From Haplodiscus bocki (lineage: Eukaryota): 64,000 nt of DNA. Where the stretch lies: contig OZ296649.1 in assembly GCA_965655095.1 (NCBI GenBank), forward strand, positions 78,430,001 to 78,494,000. The letters run 5' to 3'. The notes beneath the pieces were generated by a model, which worked only from the letters and a program-made list of their open reading frames with translations, was not told the DNA's origin and searched no databases. Positions 24,987 through 38,779 of the stretch are shown in pieces; within the stretch, counting starts at the first letter, position 1, and every line of letters starts with the position of its first letter. The position numbers and the translations under genes are program-made.

Positions 24987-25790
24987 ATGTCTTCTCTTAA
25001 AATAGTGTTGGTTTTAATTGCATCTGCGTAGCTTTTTCCAAGACAAAACACTCAATTTTTGTGCAGATTTCATGCTGGAGCAACTGAATTTGCTACGACA
25101 AGGGAATATTGCATTTTCAGAAAGATCCAACCCATCAAGGTACCAAACGGTAAGAGAGGGAAGGTTGATGTTTTTTGATAGAAAAATTTCAAGCTCATCA
25201 GAGTTTTGCTACTCAGGACTCGGTGTGTACCATTCCCTTACGGATATTGTTGGAGCCATGAACACACTTAATTAGGAGCTACAGAATGACAGCGAAAGCT
25301 CTATCACAGTTAAAAGATCTTGCACAACTCAAAAAGCTGAGATTCATTTTGGACTTGGAGGATCAGGTTTTGGATTTTTTAGTACTGAACTGGAGCACCT
25401 TTTCGAAAGTAATGTTGGCAATGATTTTGGAGTAACGTTGGGAGGAAGAGGACCTCACATACCAGAACTTGTTTAGGACTTTGTCGGCATACTCTCTCTC
25501 ATGATAGACACGGACCTGATTGAGTACAAAATCGTTGGCGACACGAAGGCCCCATTGCTGCGCTGTTTTCCAAATAATTCAAAACTCAATACTGGAGACA
25601 TTATAACTACTGGACAGTATATGAACTAGTAGAGATTTTTTAGCCTACAATCCGGACCGCTGCTGAGAAGTTCTCTGCTTAGTGATCTCATTTGTTAGAG
25701 AGATACAGCGGCGGAAAAATACCCTTTGTATCTGTCGGTATCACTCGTTTTGTTTTGATGTTTAGAAAAACCTCCAACATCCATTTCTAA
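24987..25790 (+). pseudogene. Minor capsid protein (penton), copy B
   Basis: FMLEQLNL; GVYHSLTDIVGAMNTL; DTDLIEYKIVGDTKAPLLRCFP. Confidence 0.85.
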
Positions 25791-25808
25791 CTTGGGAGAC
25801 GGTAAACG

Positions 25809-26173
25809 TTGATTGCTTCACGACAAGTACACATTCCATTCTTTGGAGGTGCTGGTCGACAACGTGGGCGGGAATTCGCTGTACTCGCACAAGTTATTAG
25901 GAGAACTGCAATTCCGTTTTTGCGTAGTTATGTTGTCCCAGCTAACAAAATAAGCGGATGCTGAAATGTTCGAATTTGCCGCTCCAAAAATCAAAGTAGT
26001 TCTTACTGGCAGAAAAAAATTTGAGCTAGCTGCGAAAAATGTGAAAGGGCAAACTCCGAGAAAACAGTTGGACAATGGTAGCAGAGAAAGGAATGCAATC
26101 AGAATTTTTCCAACAAGACCTGCAAAACAAACCAGTTGTTCGCGAAGAGATCTTTTTACAAACATTTTCGATA
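25809..26173 (+). pseudogene. Small basic core-protein-like gene, copy B
   Basis: GGAGRQRGREFAVLAQVIRRTAIPFLR; FEFAAPKI; SRRDLFTNI. Confidence 0.55.
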
Positions 26174-26179
26174 GATCAT

Positions 26180-27535
26180 ATCAAACAACTTTCGGTACCA
26201 ACGTTTTGCGACTGTTGCTGGAATTTTTTGACGGAAAATCTCAGTAGTTTACGATATCTAGTCACCCCACGAACAAGAGGTTTATCTCAGCACCTCATTG
26301 GATGAAAAAAGCATAGAGTTTGAACTTCAATTGAACTCCCAAAAACTATCAAATTGTTTTGAGACTGACTTTCCTGGCATTGAAATTCAAGTTGTACAAT
26401 GGTTGTGGTTGAGCAACTTACAACACCAAGGAAGCTATTAAACACCACAAAGAAAAATCAAAAGTGGATGAAGCGGAACATATGACAGATGAGGAAATGG
26501 ACGAGTCTTTTCATTCCTCCGGTTACTCATGTAAACAGTATTTGCCTAAACTTTTTCAAAGTTGAGGTGTACATCAACAAGCAGCAAGTCAACAAATCTA
26601 TTAGGTTGTGTGCGCACAAATCTTACATTCCCGATCGATCAAAGAAACCATGTCCGATTACAGGAGAGGTTTAGGCTGTGAAGGTATGACAATGAAAAAA
26701 TTCCATGATGAGAATATGGACGCTTGCTTGTCCGAAGCTTTTTCCACAAAGACAATGAAAAATCTCTGTAGACCCGATGGCTTCATGTTTTATGGTAAAT
26801 CGGGGGTTAACTTTTACTGCTTCTATGATTGCTGTAGAAACAAATGAATGTCAGCCTACAAATAATCAGAGCCAGAAATAATTCTTACAAGATTAATGAT
26901 TACCCCAACGTCAGTCCTCGAATTGTTGATTGATCGTTTCTTACTCGTCGTTTTGCTCTCAAGTATGATCATAACAAGAGAAGATTAGATATGCTTGCGT
27001 ATACTCCAGTTGGGTTCAATATTTTTTGAATGTGGCAAAGATTTTTTCAATCCCGGTAAACAAGACCAGTTGACTAAAAAAAATTTTTTTAACAAGGTTC
27101 CAATTCAAGAGATTGATTTTGCAATGAACACAAACTTTGCGTTCAAGGGATCGTACACCGAAAACCCATTCTGGTATCAGCAGTTCAATTTTAGACGTTT
27201 TGGAAAACACAGAGGAAGTCGGTGTATTGTAGAAATTGCTGCTGCAACTGAATGTTGCTTATATACAGCGACAAAGAAAGCAAAGAATTCAAGGTGTTAT
27301 CTCTTCAACTCCGATTGACAATTTGGGAGACCACTATGTGATATTGTTTGATTTAACTTCAATGCAAGACACTTCTAAAATTTATCTTTACCCAGAGCTA
27401 GTTGGGGACTCCATGATACCGGAGATAAACTTTTTTTCCCTCTAGAGCACGATACTGAACTCAAATATACTGGGAGAACGAATATCTCCGGTTGCATTTG
27501 ACACTTTTGATGTTGTTTGAAAAACTTTTGGAAAT
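26180..27535 (+). pseudogene. Major capsid protein, copy B
   Basis: DEKSIEFELQ; KVEVYINKQQV; FNKVPIQEIDFAMNTNFAFKGSYTENPFWYQQF; HYVILFDLTSMQD..YPELVG. Confidence 0.8.
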
Positions 27536-27539
27536 TAAA

Positions 27540-27925
27540 AACGTTGCTCTCCAGCAAACAATCATTGTCAACCCGCTACTCAGGTATCGGTATTTTGCTT
27601 CGCTAGCGTCAGGTTATTTTCCAATTTTTCTTATTGTATTTTTTCTCATTATATATAGGCAAGCCATCAAAATGCAGGGTGTGCTTTGGATATTGATTGC
27701 AAACTCTCGTCACAAATTCTTTTTCCAAACTTTCTCGGAGGCGAAAAATACAATCTCCCCTAGCAACAAATCAGTCAAAGGATTCCAGAACCATTACAGA
27801 CGCATCCCATCGCTTGCGGTTTCTACACGATGTGTGCAGTTCTCCGTCTGATCAAGTTCCGGCAAGGATAAATTACGGGAGGTCATGATGTTAGTGTACT
27901 TTCATTTATAGGTAACAATATGTAA
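27540..27925 (+). pseudogene. Adenain-like protease, copy B
   Basis: ALQQTII..PLLRYRY; WILIANSRH; ACGFYT (catalytic Cys region). Confidence 0.75.
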
Positions 27926-28059
27926 TGTTTTACTGTGTTCAATGCAATGGTGCAGCATTCACAATACTTTCGTGACAATTAAACTCTAATTAACTCTTTT
28001 CAACCTCAAGAGAACTTTTTACACAGCATCAAGTCACAACAGTATCTGCAGCCATGTTG

Positions 28060-28509
28060 GACAATCCACAAGCGTCATTAGTACTGTTGCGCCGTAGGAA
28101 TTACCGGCCTGGGACACAACAAATCTTCAAGGGCATTTTTTTCGGATAAGTCCCACAGTGCCAAAGGTGTGTCAATACACCCAACTCCCTATTTTTACAC
28201 GTTGCAAAAAGTTATAGCCTGTACTTGTATATCACCGAAAAATACTCCCTAAACTAATATACGGCTGAGCACAGTCGGATTTCGCCCAAAACCAAAAAAT
28301 TGCGGAAGCCAATCTCAATTGAGCAGGAAAAACTTAGAGCCTTGTCAGCCAATGCCAATTAAGTATCAAAACGCAGAAAATACAGCCTAGAATTCTCGCC
28401 ACCCTGAAAACCATTCTCGGCTCTGGGCTTGAGTCAGCTGTCTATTGTTTATCCTGATACATGGGGTCATCCACCCCATCCCCACCAGGTCAACTCACAA
28501 CCTTGCTAT
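28060..28509 (-). repeat. Terminal repeat of copy B (same family as the copy C TIRs)
   Basis: cccaaaaccaaaaaattgcggaagcc..aattgagcaggaaaaac matches 24640-24695. Confidence 0.7.
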
Positions 28510-28519
28510 TTCTGCCCTA

Positions 28520-31500
28520 AGCTTGGAAGGAGATGAAATAGGATTTGATTGTTGACTTACAGCGATCTGGTCAGCGCACGGCTTCGACTGAGCTGTGAGG
28601 AACCATCGAGAAACGACAAGAGCTGCTGAGAAATGTCTCCAAAGTAGGGCTGGCGAGACTGGCCGGAAGCTTAGGAATAAAGAACTTTTCAAGTGCTTCA
28701 TTTTGCACTTCATGTTTTCCCTTTGTTACCACAACAGAGATTGCCAGCCAAAAGATGCAGAATTGAAACGAAGAATTGGGCTGGACATCTAACGAAGCGA
28801 TAAACAAAATGCTTTTTATTCTAATCTTAGTCAAAAAAACTTTCTGCAGACAAACACTTGTGAAAATATGGTTTTTTGTTTAACAAATTAAAAGGTTCAC
28901 TTGATCATTGGAAGAACAAACAGCGACAAAACTTTTGTTCGGAACTTTTAAACCTCCACTACAGACTGTGAGCAAAAGTGAACTTTGTTCTTTTTCTGGA
29001 AGTAACTTTGATTGACAGTTGACGGGAAATTGAACGTTAAAACCAGAATAAATTTCTCTGAGGAGCTGTTGCCCTCTCAGAGGAACTTGTTTTACATGAT
29101 TGATTTTTTCCTACAACCTGTCGCTTCATTAAAGATAAATGTTCCACTTGACTGCTTTTGTCAAACGCTCTGTCACTATAATGGGGGAAGGTGTTCCACT
29201 TGAAAGGTTTCGAACACAAGTTGACACATCTAATTAACCAGTAGTTCATAATCCTACGGTCAGTTTCTAAGATGAAAGAAATTGAGTGAGAGTTCTTTTT
29301 ATGCTTGGTGTTTCCTTCTATGGTTGGTCTTTGCTTTTATGGTCTTTCCTTATATGGCAAAATGGAATGAGGAACAATCGATACCTTCTTTTTGACGTTT
29401 TTCTTTGCATTGCTACAATAAAATAGCAACAATCTTTACGTTCAGTACAGATTTATCTAGAAAAATTGATTGCTCAATTGCCTTCCCTGATCCGAAAGTC
29501 AAAGGTACTTGTAAAAATTGTGGAAATCAAGTAACCAGAAACAAATTGAGAGGTTAACAAGTGGAGATGTTGAACCGGAACCATTTACTGCTCTAAACGA
29601 CTAAAAATGTCGAAAACCTTCCAAGCTGGCTACAGCTTTCAATTCCCTGAGAAACATCGCTTTGCGGGGTCAAACAATTCTCATAAGGGTCGACATTAAG
29701 GTGACAACTTTCTCAGTTTCTATTCTCGGGTAACAGAGGCCACAATATCATGGAGCAAAAAGTAGATCAGAATCAAAAGTTTTGATATGAATGGTCCGAG
29801 GTGTAGACAACGAAAACTTTCAAGAAGAAATCGAAACAGGCAAACACTTCCTCGTTCAGTCTGAAATGGCAATTAAGAGATATAGCATCTTTAACTTTGC
29901 AATGAATTCTCCAAAACAGCGCTTCCTGATTAAACAGTTTGATCTGGTGTTTGATTATCTCAAAAGTGCAGCCATGGTGAATGCGGCATTTGGTTCCGCT
30001 CACAGAATTGTGGAGGATGATAGTTGTCGCTACTACTATCCAGACGGAAATACCACACTAATGGAACGATTCAAACTCGTGGCTCCAAAAAAAGCTCCGG
30101 AAAAAATCAAGACGTCGTTGAACAACGTTGATGTAATGAAATCCTGCACAAGAGAGCGACCAAACACAAATCGGAAGTTGTGCAAGCTACCAAATGTGGC
30201 GTTACTTGCTGCATTTCTCATGCAAGTTCCTATGAGTTGTGAAATGCTCTTTTGCCACAACGACTTGTCAGAAATCATTCAGTCAATTGTTTAATTCTTT
30301 AAAAAAACAGCAAGAAGCAATACAAAGATAATATATGCTTCTTCACAGCATTGGCTCTGCATTTTAATGGTGTTGATGAACTAGAACAAGAGACGTCTAA
30401 TTTTTTGCTGCTCACCAACAGAACGCGGAAGAGGTGGATGCCGCCAAATTCCAAATCGTTTGTATGTTAAAATTTCAAACGTTGAAGACTAAATACCACG
30501 CTTTTCCGTACGACATTGGTTTTATGGATCGAGCTCCTGTTGAAAAACTTGAAAAAAAGCATCCAGAAACGTTTCAACTCTGTGAAGTTGCTATATTACA
30601 ATAGCCGCATTCGTTGTCTCCTCAATATCAACCCTCTTTTCATAACCGATCATTGCCCTTGAAAAAACAATATATTCATAGACCTTGGAATCTGGAAAGT
30701 CATTTAACATTTTCCAATGATCAAGTTGAGCTTGTTTTCCTAACGAATTTGTATCAGCTCCGTTAAACACACTTTTGTCAAACTAGTGGCTTTTGCTATT
30801 CCGTACACGGATGAACAGGTATTTTCACCATTATGGCTAATTTTGATTTCGAGTCAGTTTATGTGAAGACTGAAGAATTGGAAGATATGGAAACTACAAC
30901 ATGGATCGAAAAACGTAACCCAACTTCCGTTTCAATACCATCTAATCTGTTAGAAGATCCTTTTCACTTCCATGAAATTAACACTGGTGATTTAGTGTCA
31001 TTTCTCATTGAAATGCTCGAAACGCTTGCTACACAGAGTCAAGCGCAAAGAAAAATGACATCCCTGCAATTTGAACCAAAAATACGAAGAAAACATGCAC
31101 AGAATCTCAAAAATCTTTATGAACGCCGCACCCATAGAATCGATATCGAAGAGAACTGTCTTGAAGATGATTCTGATAACGTCTCAACCCAGTTTTCACA
31201 AGTGCAGAAGAATCAGTATTTGATAAGCAAGATCACTTTGCGAGATTTAACATGTCAATACCAGTCTTTGGATTCATCAGTGCAACTTGCGATATTAAAA
31301 TGAACGAGGCCTATCTACCTTCCAACACTCTTACTGAACAAGACAAGGGGCAATTAAAACAGAGAAGCGCTAACATTTTTGATCGGTTATGTTTGGCAAC
31401 CTTCACCTTTATATCTTGAATTTTCTCGGCGGAGGCATGACCCTTGATTCTTTCCCTAAATCATAAAAAACCTCTTTGGAGACTATGCAGAAACCTGCCT

Positions 31501-32930
31501 AACTTTTGTCACAAAAAAAGTATTGTCATGCTCATGCTGGAATGTACGTTACCCAATTTTGCCCACATTTGTCTCCACAAGTGTACGAGCGCAAAATTTT
31601 ATCCCTTCACACTAAGCAAAAAAATATGCGGGAGAATGTCTGCAAAGACATGGTTGATGGAACATCATTAGTGTTTACACGTACAGCGGTAGTTGATGAG
31701 ATTCTTGTTCGCACTTTCTCATTTCTTCGTTAATCAGCTGTTGGGAGCGACGCAAGCCAACTTTCTCCGTATTCTAAGTGTCAACTCATGCCGACTGGAT
31801 TTTCAACTAGAAACGAACTTGACGAAATTTTCCAAGGATTCAAACACAAACGAAACAAGAGGGCAAGCTTTGGAAAAACAATTCTCCCCTAGTTTCAACG
31901 AAAAAGATCCAAGTGTGATAAAGAGAGGTTCTACATCACATGAACTCAAGAAAAAAGTTACAGTTCCAGTTCAGACGGATTATGCGCTGATTGCAGCACT
32001 GTATTTGACGGCATGGTATGTATTTATCATTACTTTTCGCGCTAGGAAGCACAGCCCCCCGTTAGAAGGAGAGAGCAGTCAACGGCGTTTAAAAAACAGA
32101 CTAATGGACGAAGTGTGACAACAGTATGTCAAAAAAAAACGTTATGAATAAATGGAGTTGTGGGATTGTGAGTGGTGCTCATTTTACAGAACAAATGTTT
32201 CATTGAAGAAACATTCAAGAGAAACGTTCTTTTCCAAAAGACCGTTGAGAGAAGAGCAGTTGCAGCAGGAAAAAAACTCGGACTAAATGTTTGGTTTTGT
32301 ACACTTTGATTTTCGTGTTCTGGAGCTTCTTTTAAAAAAAGACGTATGATGGCAGATAAGATATTGGACCATTATTACAAAAGCTTTCTGAAAAAGAATA
32401 GTTTCTTTACCAACTTTTTGAGCTGAAGAATGGAACCATATGGAACTGGCACTCATATGCAGAAACGTTTACTGATTCGTTGAGTACGCTTTTGTGAACT
32501 GCCTCAACAGTTTTTTGCAATCCGCTGTTGACGCTCGACCACAGGGAGTCAAATAGTTTGTTTCAGTGTTTTTGCAGAAACAAAGAAATTGCTTGCAATC
32601 ATTTTTTATGGTTATCAAACCATGGATCGTAGTCATCATTCCGTTACAAAAAAGCCTCAATGGTGATAAAACGCAAGCAGCAACCAACAAGAAACCCTTC
32701 AAGGTACCAACTCAAATCGGTGACCAAATGTATCAGGTGGGATTGGCGCAGTCCTAGACTGAATATTTGCCTTGCAGTTCGCTAAATTGAGGACGATGGC
32801 GCTTTAGTTCCAATTTAAATGCACACTTTGCGATCCAGAGAAATAGAGATAAATACGGAGAGAAGGAGAAGAAAACAGACCATTTTACTCGGCACTCGCA
32901 CAAAAAATATCACAAAATAGTGTCCGGTAA
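28520..32930. mobile_element. Maverick/Polinton copy D fragment (first divergent gene + pPolB)
   Basis: Same divergent arrangement as 19056-23724. Confidence 0.8.
29480..32930 (+). pseudogene. pPolB, copy D (internal deletion ~31470; 3'-truncated)
   Basis: CKNCGNQV; CRYYYPDGNTTLMER; ANFDFES; VGSDASQL (motif A); KLLAIIFYGY (motif B). Confidence 0.85.
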
Positions 32931-32939
32931 GAACATCAA

Positions 32940-33560
32940 AGGATTATTTTGCGATGGATGATGAGTTATCTTTGGTTTTTTTGTTAGTGTTCTGGTTGAC
33001 TATGTATTCGAGAAAACTAACGTTGTGTAATAGCGGAAGGAAACCGGAGAACAAGGCTGATAAAGAAAATCAGATAGTGAATTACAATTTTACCGATTTT
33101 ACAGTGGAATTTCAAATAAAAATTTCTACCTAAAATTCGAAGTCGATTAGAGTACAAAAATTTTGTTTGGCATAATTTCGGAAGAAAATTACACGTGGGA
33201 GGACTTTCAGTTGTAGGTTTCTGTTTTTCAAAAACTTTAAAGCCTTGTGACGAATTCGGCAAAGGTTTTGTGGTCTATTTCCAACGTCTTTCAGTTTCTG
33301 AAAACCGCGATGTGTTTTTTAACATTCAAAAACGTTACGCAGCCTGTTGTACACTAAAAACGCTGAATTACTGTCTGCTACAAAAACTAACTGAGGGCAT
33401 AAGTCTAACAGAGGAATACACATGGTTTTTTATGCCTTGCTAACCATACTGATGAAAAAGTCGAGTTGGTAAGTTCCAGCTGGTTTGCTATTTTTTTTTC
33501 GAAGATTCGTTGTGAGATGCCCTGAACATCAGTCTACAAACAATAATATTTGGCGCTATA
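32940..33560. repeat. ~620-bp diverged direct repeat, copy 1 (old LTR or pogo-like transposase fragment)
   Basis: Colinear with 37236-37870. Confidence 0.75.
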
Positions 33561-33779
33561 TGCAAATTAGAAAGACCCATGAAGTCAAACGTTGCCCCGT
33601 TATGAATAGAGTGGAGGTTTTGTTTGTCTATAGTATTCGGAAACTTAACCCGGAAATGCAAGTAGTAAAACCCGGAACAAAAAAAGCAAGAAGAACTCGA
33701 TCAAAACTGACCCCTCAAAATCCGCAGTAATGATTTTTCACTAAAAGTTATGTTAGTTCGTTTCCGAAAGAAACAGATT

Positions 33780-36700
33780 AATAAATTGAGATATTTAAAC
33801 CTTAACGAGAAGAATAGAGGACACAAGAAAGCTCCGGACTTCTAAAGTGAAGCTGTCATTTGAACCTTGACGAAAATTTTTTACTACAACGTTTTTTTCT
33901 CTTGCCTGCTCTGAAGAGGCTAAAGCAGAGAGTTCTCAGTATTAAGAAAAGTTTTATATGGTGACAGAAAGCAAGTGAGGACAACAACCTTCCCAAAATT
34001 GCAGCTACTGACCCTCAACTACACATCACACTCTATCGCTTCCGCACAAAATCGGACGAAAACTGGACTGATTTTGAATAATCACTCTAAAGTTTGTATA
34101 TTTTTGGAAATAATGCTGCAGTAATTCAACCAAAACTCCTACAAACACACTTTTTTGACCAAGCTCTACGTTTCCTCTGAACTTTAACGCAGGAAACTAG
34201 AGACAACTTCAAGTTATGGATTAAAGCTCTCAGAAATCTTTACTGCAAGCGTCACCTCAAGGAACTCCAGAAATTGCAACTTCAAACCTGAAACTCGATT
34301 ACAAAACGGGTTACCCAGAAGAGATTTGGTTCAAGTGAAAAACCGCCCACGGTTTTTTGGATCCGGTAATTGCTGTAACTCCAACAGCAAAGCAACTTGG
34401 CGATAAAACTGAAAACAGACAGAGTTGTTGCAGCTCAAGCAGCAAACCAAGTGACATTCTACAACGCTGTAAACGAAGAAGAACAAGAAGACAACAGAAA
34501 TTTTCAACAATGCAAGGCCCAACTCCGTCGAAAGAAAGTTGCAGGACCAAAAAGAAACAGCGACAGTGCAAGACTTATGTACCGTCGCTTGACGACAAAT
34601 ATTTTTTTTCCTGCAGCGCCCAAGAAACAGTTGGTCAAGAAACGCATTTATTGAATTTAGTTCCTAACCCTCAAAAAACTTGGTCGGAGCACTAACAAAG
34701 CTTACATAACAAGATGGGCTGCAACAGCAACAAAAAAACTGTCAAACTGAATCAGCACAATAAACTCAAATCTGCCAGTAAGTCCGAAACCTTAGAGGAT
34801 TCACCAAACACAGTGTTAAAGAGGAAATGCTTGTTCAACAACTCTTGAGGATTTTGCCGAAGTAGAAATTTTTACTATGGAAGACGAGGTAATTTTAGCA
34901 GTAGGAAAGGTTATTAGAGCAGAAACTACAACACAACCAAAAACCCACGAATACAAGTATATTCCAGCAATGGAGAAATGGCACAAAGAATCTTTTCGAA
35001 ACAAATTTGTTTTAGCTGTGGATATCCGAAACAATCAACGAGAGGTTGCAAAAACAACAGCGACCAGAGAACAGACACCAATATATTCCCTACCTAACAG
35101 CACCAGAAACGAAACGAGGCCCTCCATTATGAAGACGCATCATAGGAATCACAAACGCCTCAACAAAATGGAAAAACGGCTTGTTTCTCAGTTGCAACAG
35201 ACATGGTCTCCTATAAGTCATTAACATCTCCACTTTTGAAAATAGAAGAACCCAGTTGACATCGGCTTCTGCACAAATGCAATTCGTGGAAAAAAGTACG
35301 AGGATCTAAAATCATTTGCAGCTGAAACCCAAATGTAAATCCCTCAGGGGCCGGCAAATTCGAGCCGGCTTCAAGACAGCTTTTATTTGTGCCTGGTCAG
35401 ATAGACCTAAAAGCTCCAATAGCACAAGGTTTCATTAAAGAGGAAGTTTCAGTCTTATAAGTTATGAAGTGTTTCATATTGGCAAACCCATTCGTGGGAA
35501 AGAATGAATTTTAACTGCACTCCAACGAAATTCTAATGAAATTGCCAGAGATAACGTTTCAAAAACCTAGAGTACAGCCCAAACCAATGCAATGTAAAAG
35601 CATGTGAAATCAAAAAAGTTGGTCAGAACCCCGCCCCAATTCAACGAACTGGCTTCAAATGCAGTTTGCTCCCAAAAAATCCGTCACTGATTTTTGTGCA
35701 AAAGTGGAACCATTAGTAAAATTTGATGACAGAACAGGTTTTTGCATCACATCATCCTTGGCTTCAACGGACTTCACTGGAGGTTTGCTCAAATTTGCAT
35801 TGAGCATACGAAATTTCCTTACCATTCCACGCAACCCGGATATTGCCTGTATCATTTTCCTCCTCCCACAATAAGCTGAAACACTAACCCCAAGAGACCC
35901 TCAACTAACCCCTCTAGCGAAACTCACAATATCGGAGAATTGTTTCCAGGGGTTGAACCAACTTGATGTTCAAGAAGACCTTAGCTCACACTCTCAACCA
36001 ACTAGACGGAAAGCTGATTTTTGAAAAGCTTGGATACAAACGCTAAAAAAATGCGAGGAGCCGGAAAACTTGCAAGTAGTTGAAAAAAGAATTCACAGGA
36101 AACTATTGATCTGCAAATGTTGGTTATAAACAGAACCACAAATTGACCAAATTAATCTGGGGAAAGTTCTACAATGATTTATAAGGCACAACTCAGTACT
36201 CAAAGGAAAACAAAAACAAGAATTTAGTGAGCTGTTGTTTGAAAGTGCCGACATGTTTGCCAAATACGGATTTGATGTTGGATACAACTCCGAGTTCAAC
36301 CTGAAATTTACATCGGAACAAAATCCAACCGGTCTACACACAAGGCCCTTAAACAGAAAAACCTTTTGCCTCAAAAATTACAGGTCTCTTTTCTACAGCA
36401 CTTTGGGATGTTCAAAAGTCTTAACAACTCAAGGTACAGTAGCCCAATATTTAATCATCCTAAAACTTAAGGAAAACCTGGTGTCTTGTTTTACTTGAGA
36501 TGAATAAATTCTTTACTTTTTACAGCAAACAAAAAAAACAAACTCCCAACCACCAACTTTGAACGATTCAATTCGCTTTGATGGGAAAACCTGTCTTTCA
36601 AACTGCTTGTCCTTAATTTAATCACTGCGTACAGATGCTTGACTCACATTACAGTTAATAGTTTTGAAAATCTCCCCAATAACCGCGGCTTATCGGAGAC

Positions 36701-37235
36701 TAGCTAAAACGCAAAATAAAACAAAAAAAATATTCAATTTAATTTTATAAATTTTCCTTGAACCATGTTTGTCTACTTATATCCCCACAAAAAACGGACG
36801 TTAATGAACAAGGAGTAGAGTCTCCAGAACACATTTTCCCATAATTCAAACAAATCATCGGACGCCCTTGCAGAACAGGATTAAAACCAAGACCAGAAAA
36901 ATTTGTCTTTGGATTGGAACAGTATATTTATTGCAAAAGGATGTCTCCACCAACTCCAGAAAAACTTAACGACAATAGAGGTACCAAAATCACTGATAAA
37001 GGTAAAAAGACTCAATGCGTTCCTTAATTTCTTCCGATACGCCTTTCTAAACCCTAATGATAATTAATACCATTTTACAAATTTTTACAGTTGAAAATGT
37101 CTTTTGAATTCACGGAAGATGGACTGAAACCCTTCGGAACTCTCAAACAGAAGCTAAAAACACAAGCAATTTAAAACTTGGACTTGCCGGATATGGAGAA
37201 CAGTACGCAATCCTCTGCGTTAGAAACTACGAAGG
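33780..37235 (+). mobile_element. Decayed Ty3/Gypsy LTR retrotransposon internal region (gag, protease, RT, start of RNase H; no integrase)
   Basis: Protease remnant PVDIGFCTNAI (~35250); ELLFESADMFAKYGFDVG; YSSPIF; YRRLA; GLKPRPEKFVFG; EQYAILC. Confidence 0.75.
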
Positions 37236-37870
37236 GGATTTTTTTGCGATTGATTATGAGTTATCATTGTTTTTTTGATAGTGTTCTGATTGCCTGTGTA
37301 GTCAAGAAAACTAGCAGTGTGTAGCAACGGAACGAAACCGGAACACAAGGTTGTGAAAAAGAAAAGAGATTGCTGAAAATTCGGAAACCTGGCGATGTTA
37401 CAGTGGAGTTTCAGTAAAGAATGTTACTTAAATCTTCAAACCATTTAGAATACAAAAGTTTTGTTGGGCATATCTTCGGATCATTATGAAAAAAGAACGA
37501 ATTTTCAGTTGTATTTGTTAAATTTGGTAATTGCAATTTGAAGGCATTGTGCTCTTTTCGGCAAAGACTTCGCGTTCCCTTCCCAACATCCCTCAGTTTC
37601 TGAAACCCAAAATGTGCTTTTCAAAACACAAAATCGTAAAGCAGCCGGATCGACATTAATGAGCCTGCTTTACTACCTGCTACACAAACAATATTGAGAA
37701 CGTGAAGCAACTGTTGGAAAATTAGCAAAGGCAACTACATGATTATTTATGCTTTTCCATCCATACTGGTGAAAAAATCTAGTTGGTGAGCTGCAGCTGG
37801 TTTTCTTTTTTTTTGAAGACTGGTTGTGATATGACCTGAACATTAGTCTTCAAACAATAATTATTGGCGC
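37236..37870. repeat. ~630-bp diverged direct repeat, copy 2
   Basis: Colinear with 32940-33560. Confidence 0.75.
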
Positions 37871-38099
37871 TCTTTGTGGATTGACACAAGTTTGTCTGCA
37901 TATCTGTCGCCATGCATCACGATCTCTCGCCTACTCTGTCATGTGAATTGACTCATCCAACTTGGTGAGGATTCAAATGGCGCTTGACGCACGATGATTG
38001 CGCTGTCTCTATCTAGGTAAATCTTCAATTGTGGTTGTCGTAGTAGTGTAATCGGAAAGTGGACAGAATCTTCCCTCGCAGGGCACGTCTCGCTGTATC

Positions 38100-38347
38100 A
38101 ATTTGTCGTCAAAAGCCGGCTAACTACATTTTCCTTGTTGCACTAACCAGTTCATAATATTGGTCGTTGAAGAACGACCAAAGAACACGAAGTAGACGAT
38201 GCTTTAGAACAGTAGGGTTAGTGATGTCAATGTTTGTCGGCAGCCTAATCACAAAGGCACCTGTACGATAGAAGAAGTTTTGCCCATAGTGGTCTTTTTG
38301 GGGTTTGCGATAATTGAATTTCACCTCATTAGTTGATCGAATGTATC
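38100..38347 (-). mobile_element. 3' end of the LINE ORF2 split by copy E
   Basis: RYIRSTNEVKFNYRKPQKDHYGQNFFYRTG continues in frame from the sequence at 57312-57366. Confidence 0.75.
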
Positions 38348-38353
38348 GAGGGC

Positions 38354-38716
38354 ACTAATATAAAGGTGAGCATGACAGACAGGGGGTGGAGACCATCATG
38401 TATTCAGATGAGCTTTAGCCTCCGAAAACCAGGAACGGTCTTCACCCCGTGTAATAAGGTAGGGTATGTTTTCGGCAAAATATCGCGATAGTGTTGGGTG
38501 CTCTGAGATGATTTTCGGAACTGTGAACCTTCCAAAAAGGTTCGAAATTTTGAAAGTCGACTTCCTTTCTCTTTCTTTGGGTACTTCTGCCCGCCCGCTC
38601 GCCCGCCCGCCTGCTGAAGGGAAGTGAAGCCGGAAGAGAGCCCGAATAACCAATCCGGCACCGGATATTCAATCCACCGGCGGATATTTCTGTTGATCAC
38701 CTAATTGACTGAACTC
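38354..38716 (+). repeat. Left TIR of copy E
   Basis: agggtatgttttcggcaaaatat..agtgttgggtgct is the inverted match of agcacccaacact..atatgttgccgaaaacaaaccct (~57160-57202). Confidence 0.9.
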
Positions 38717-38779
38717 CTTAAAAAGGTTGTGGTAAGGTTTGAAAAACTTAATTACAGTGTAATATAACGAACAAATACA

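Larger units (their letters stand above)
24866..28509 (+). mobile_element. Maverick/Polinton copy B, right part (integrase C-terminus, penton, core, MCP, protease, terminal repeat)
   Basis: Begins with IVAVIPKKPRTYKTKDEQ..IRGKFYQ, the exact integrase segment missing after 7226. Confidence 0.85.
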
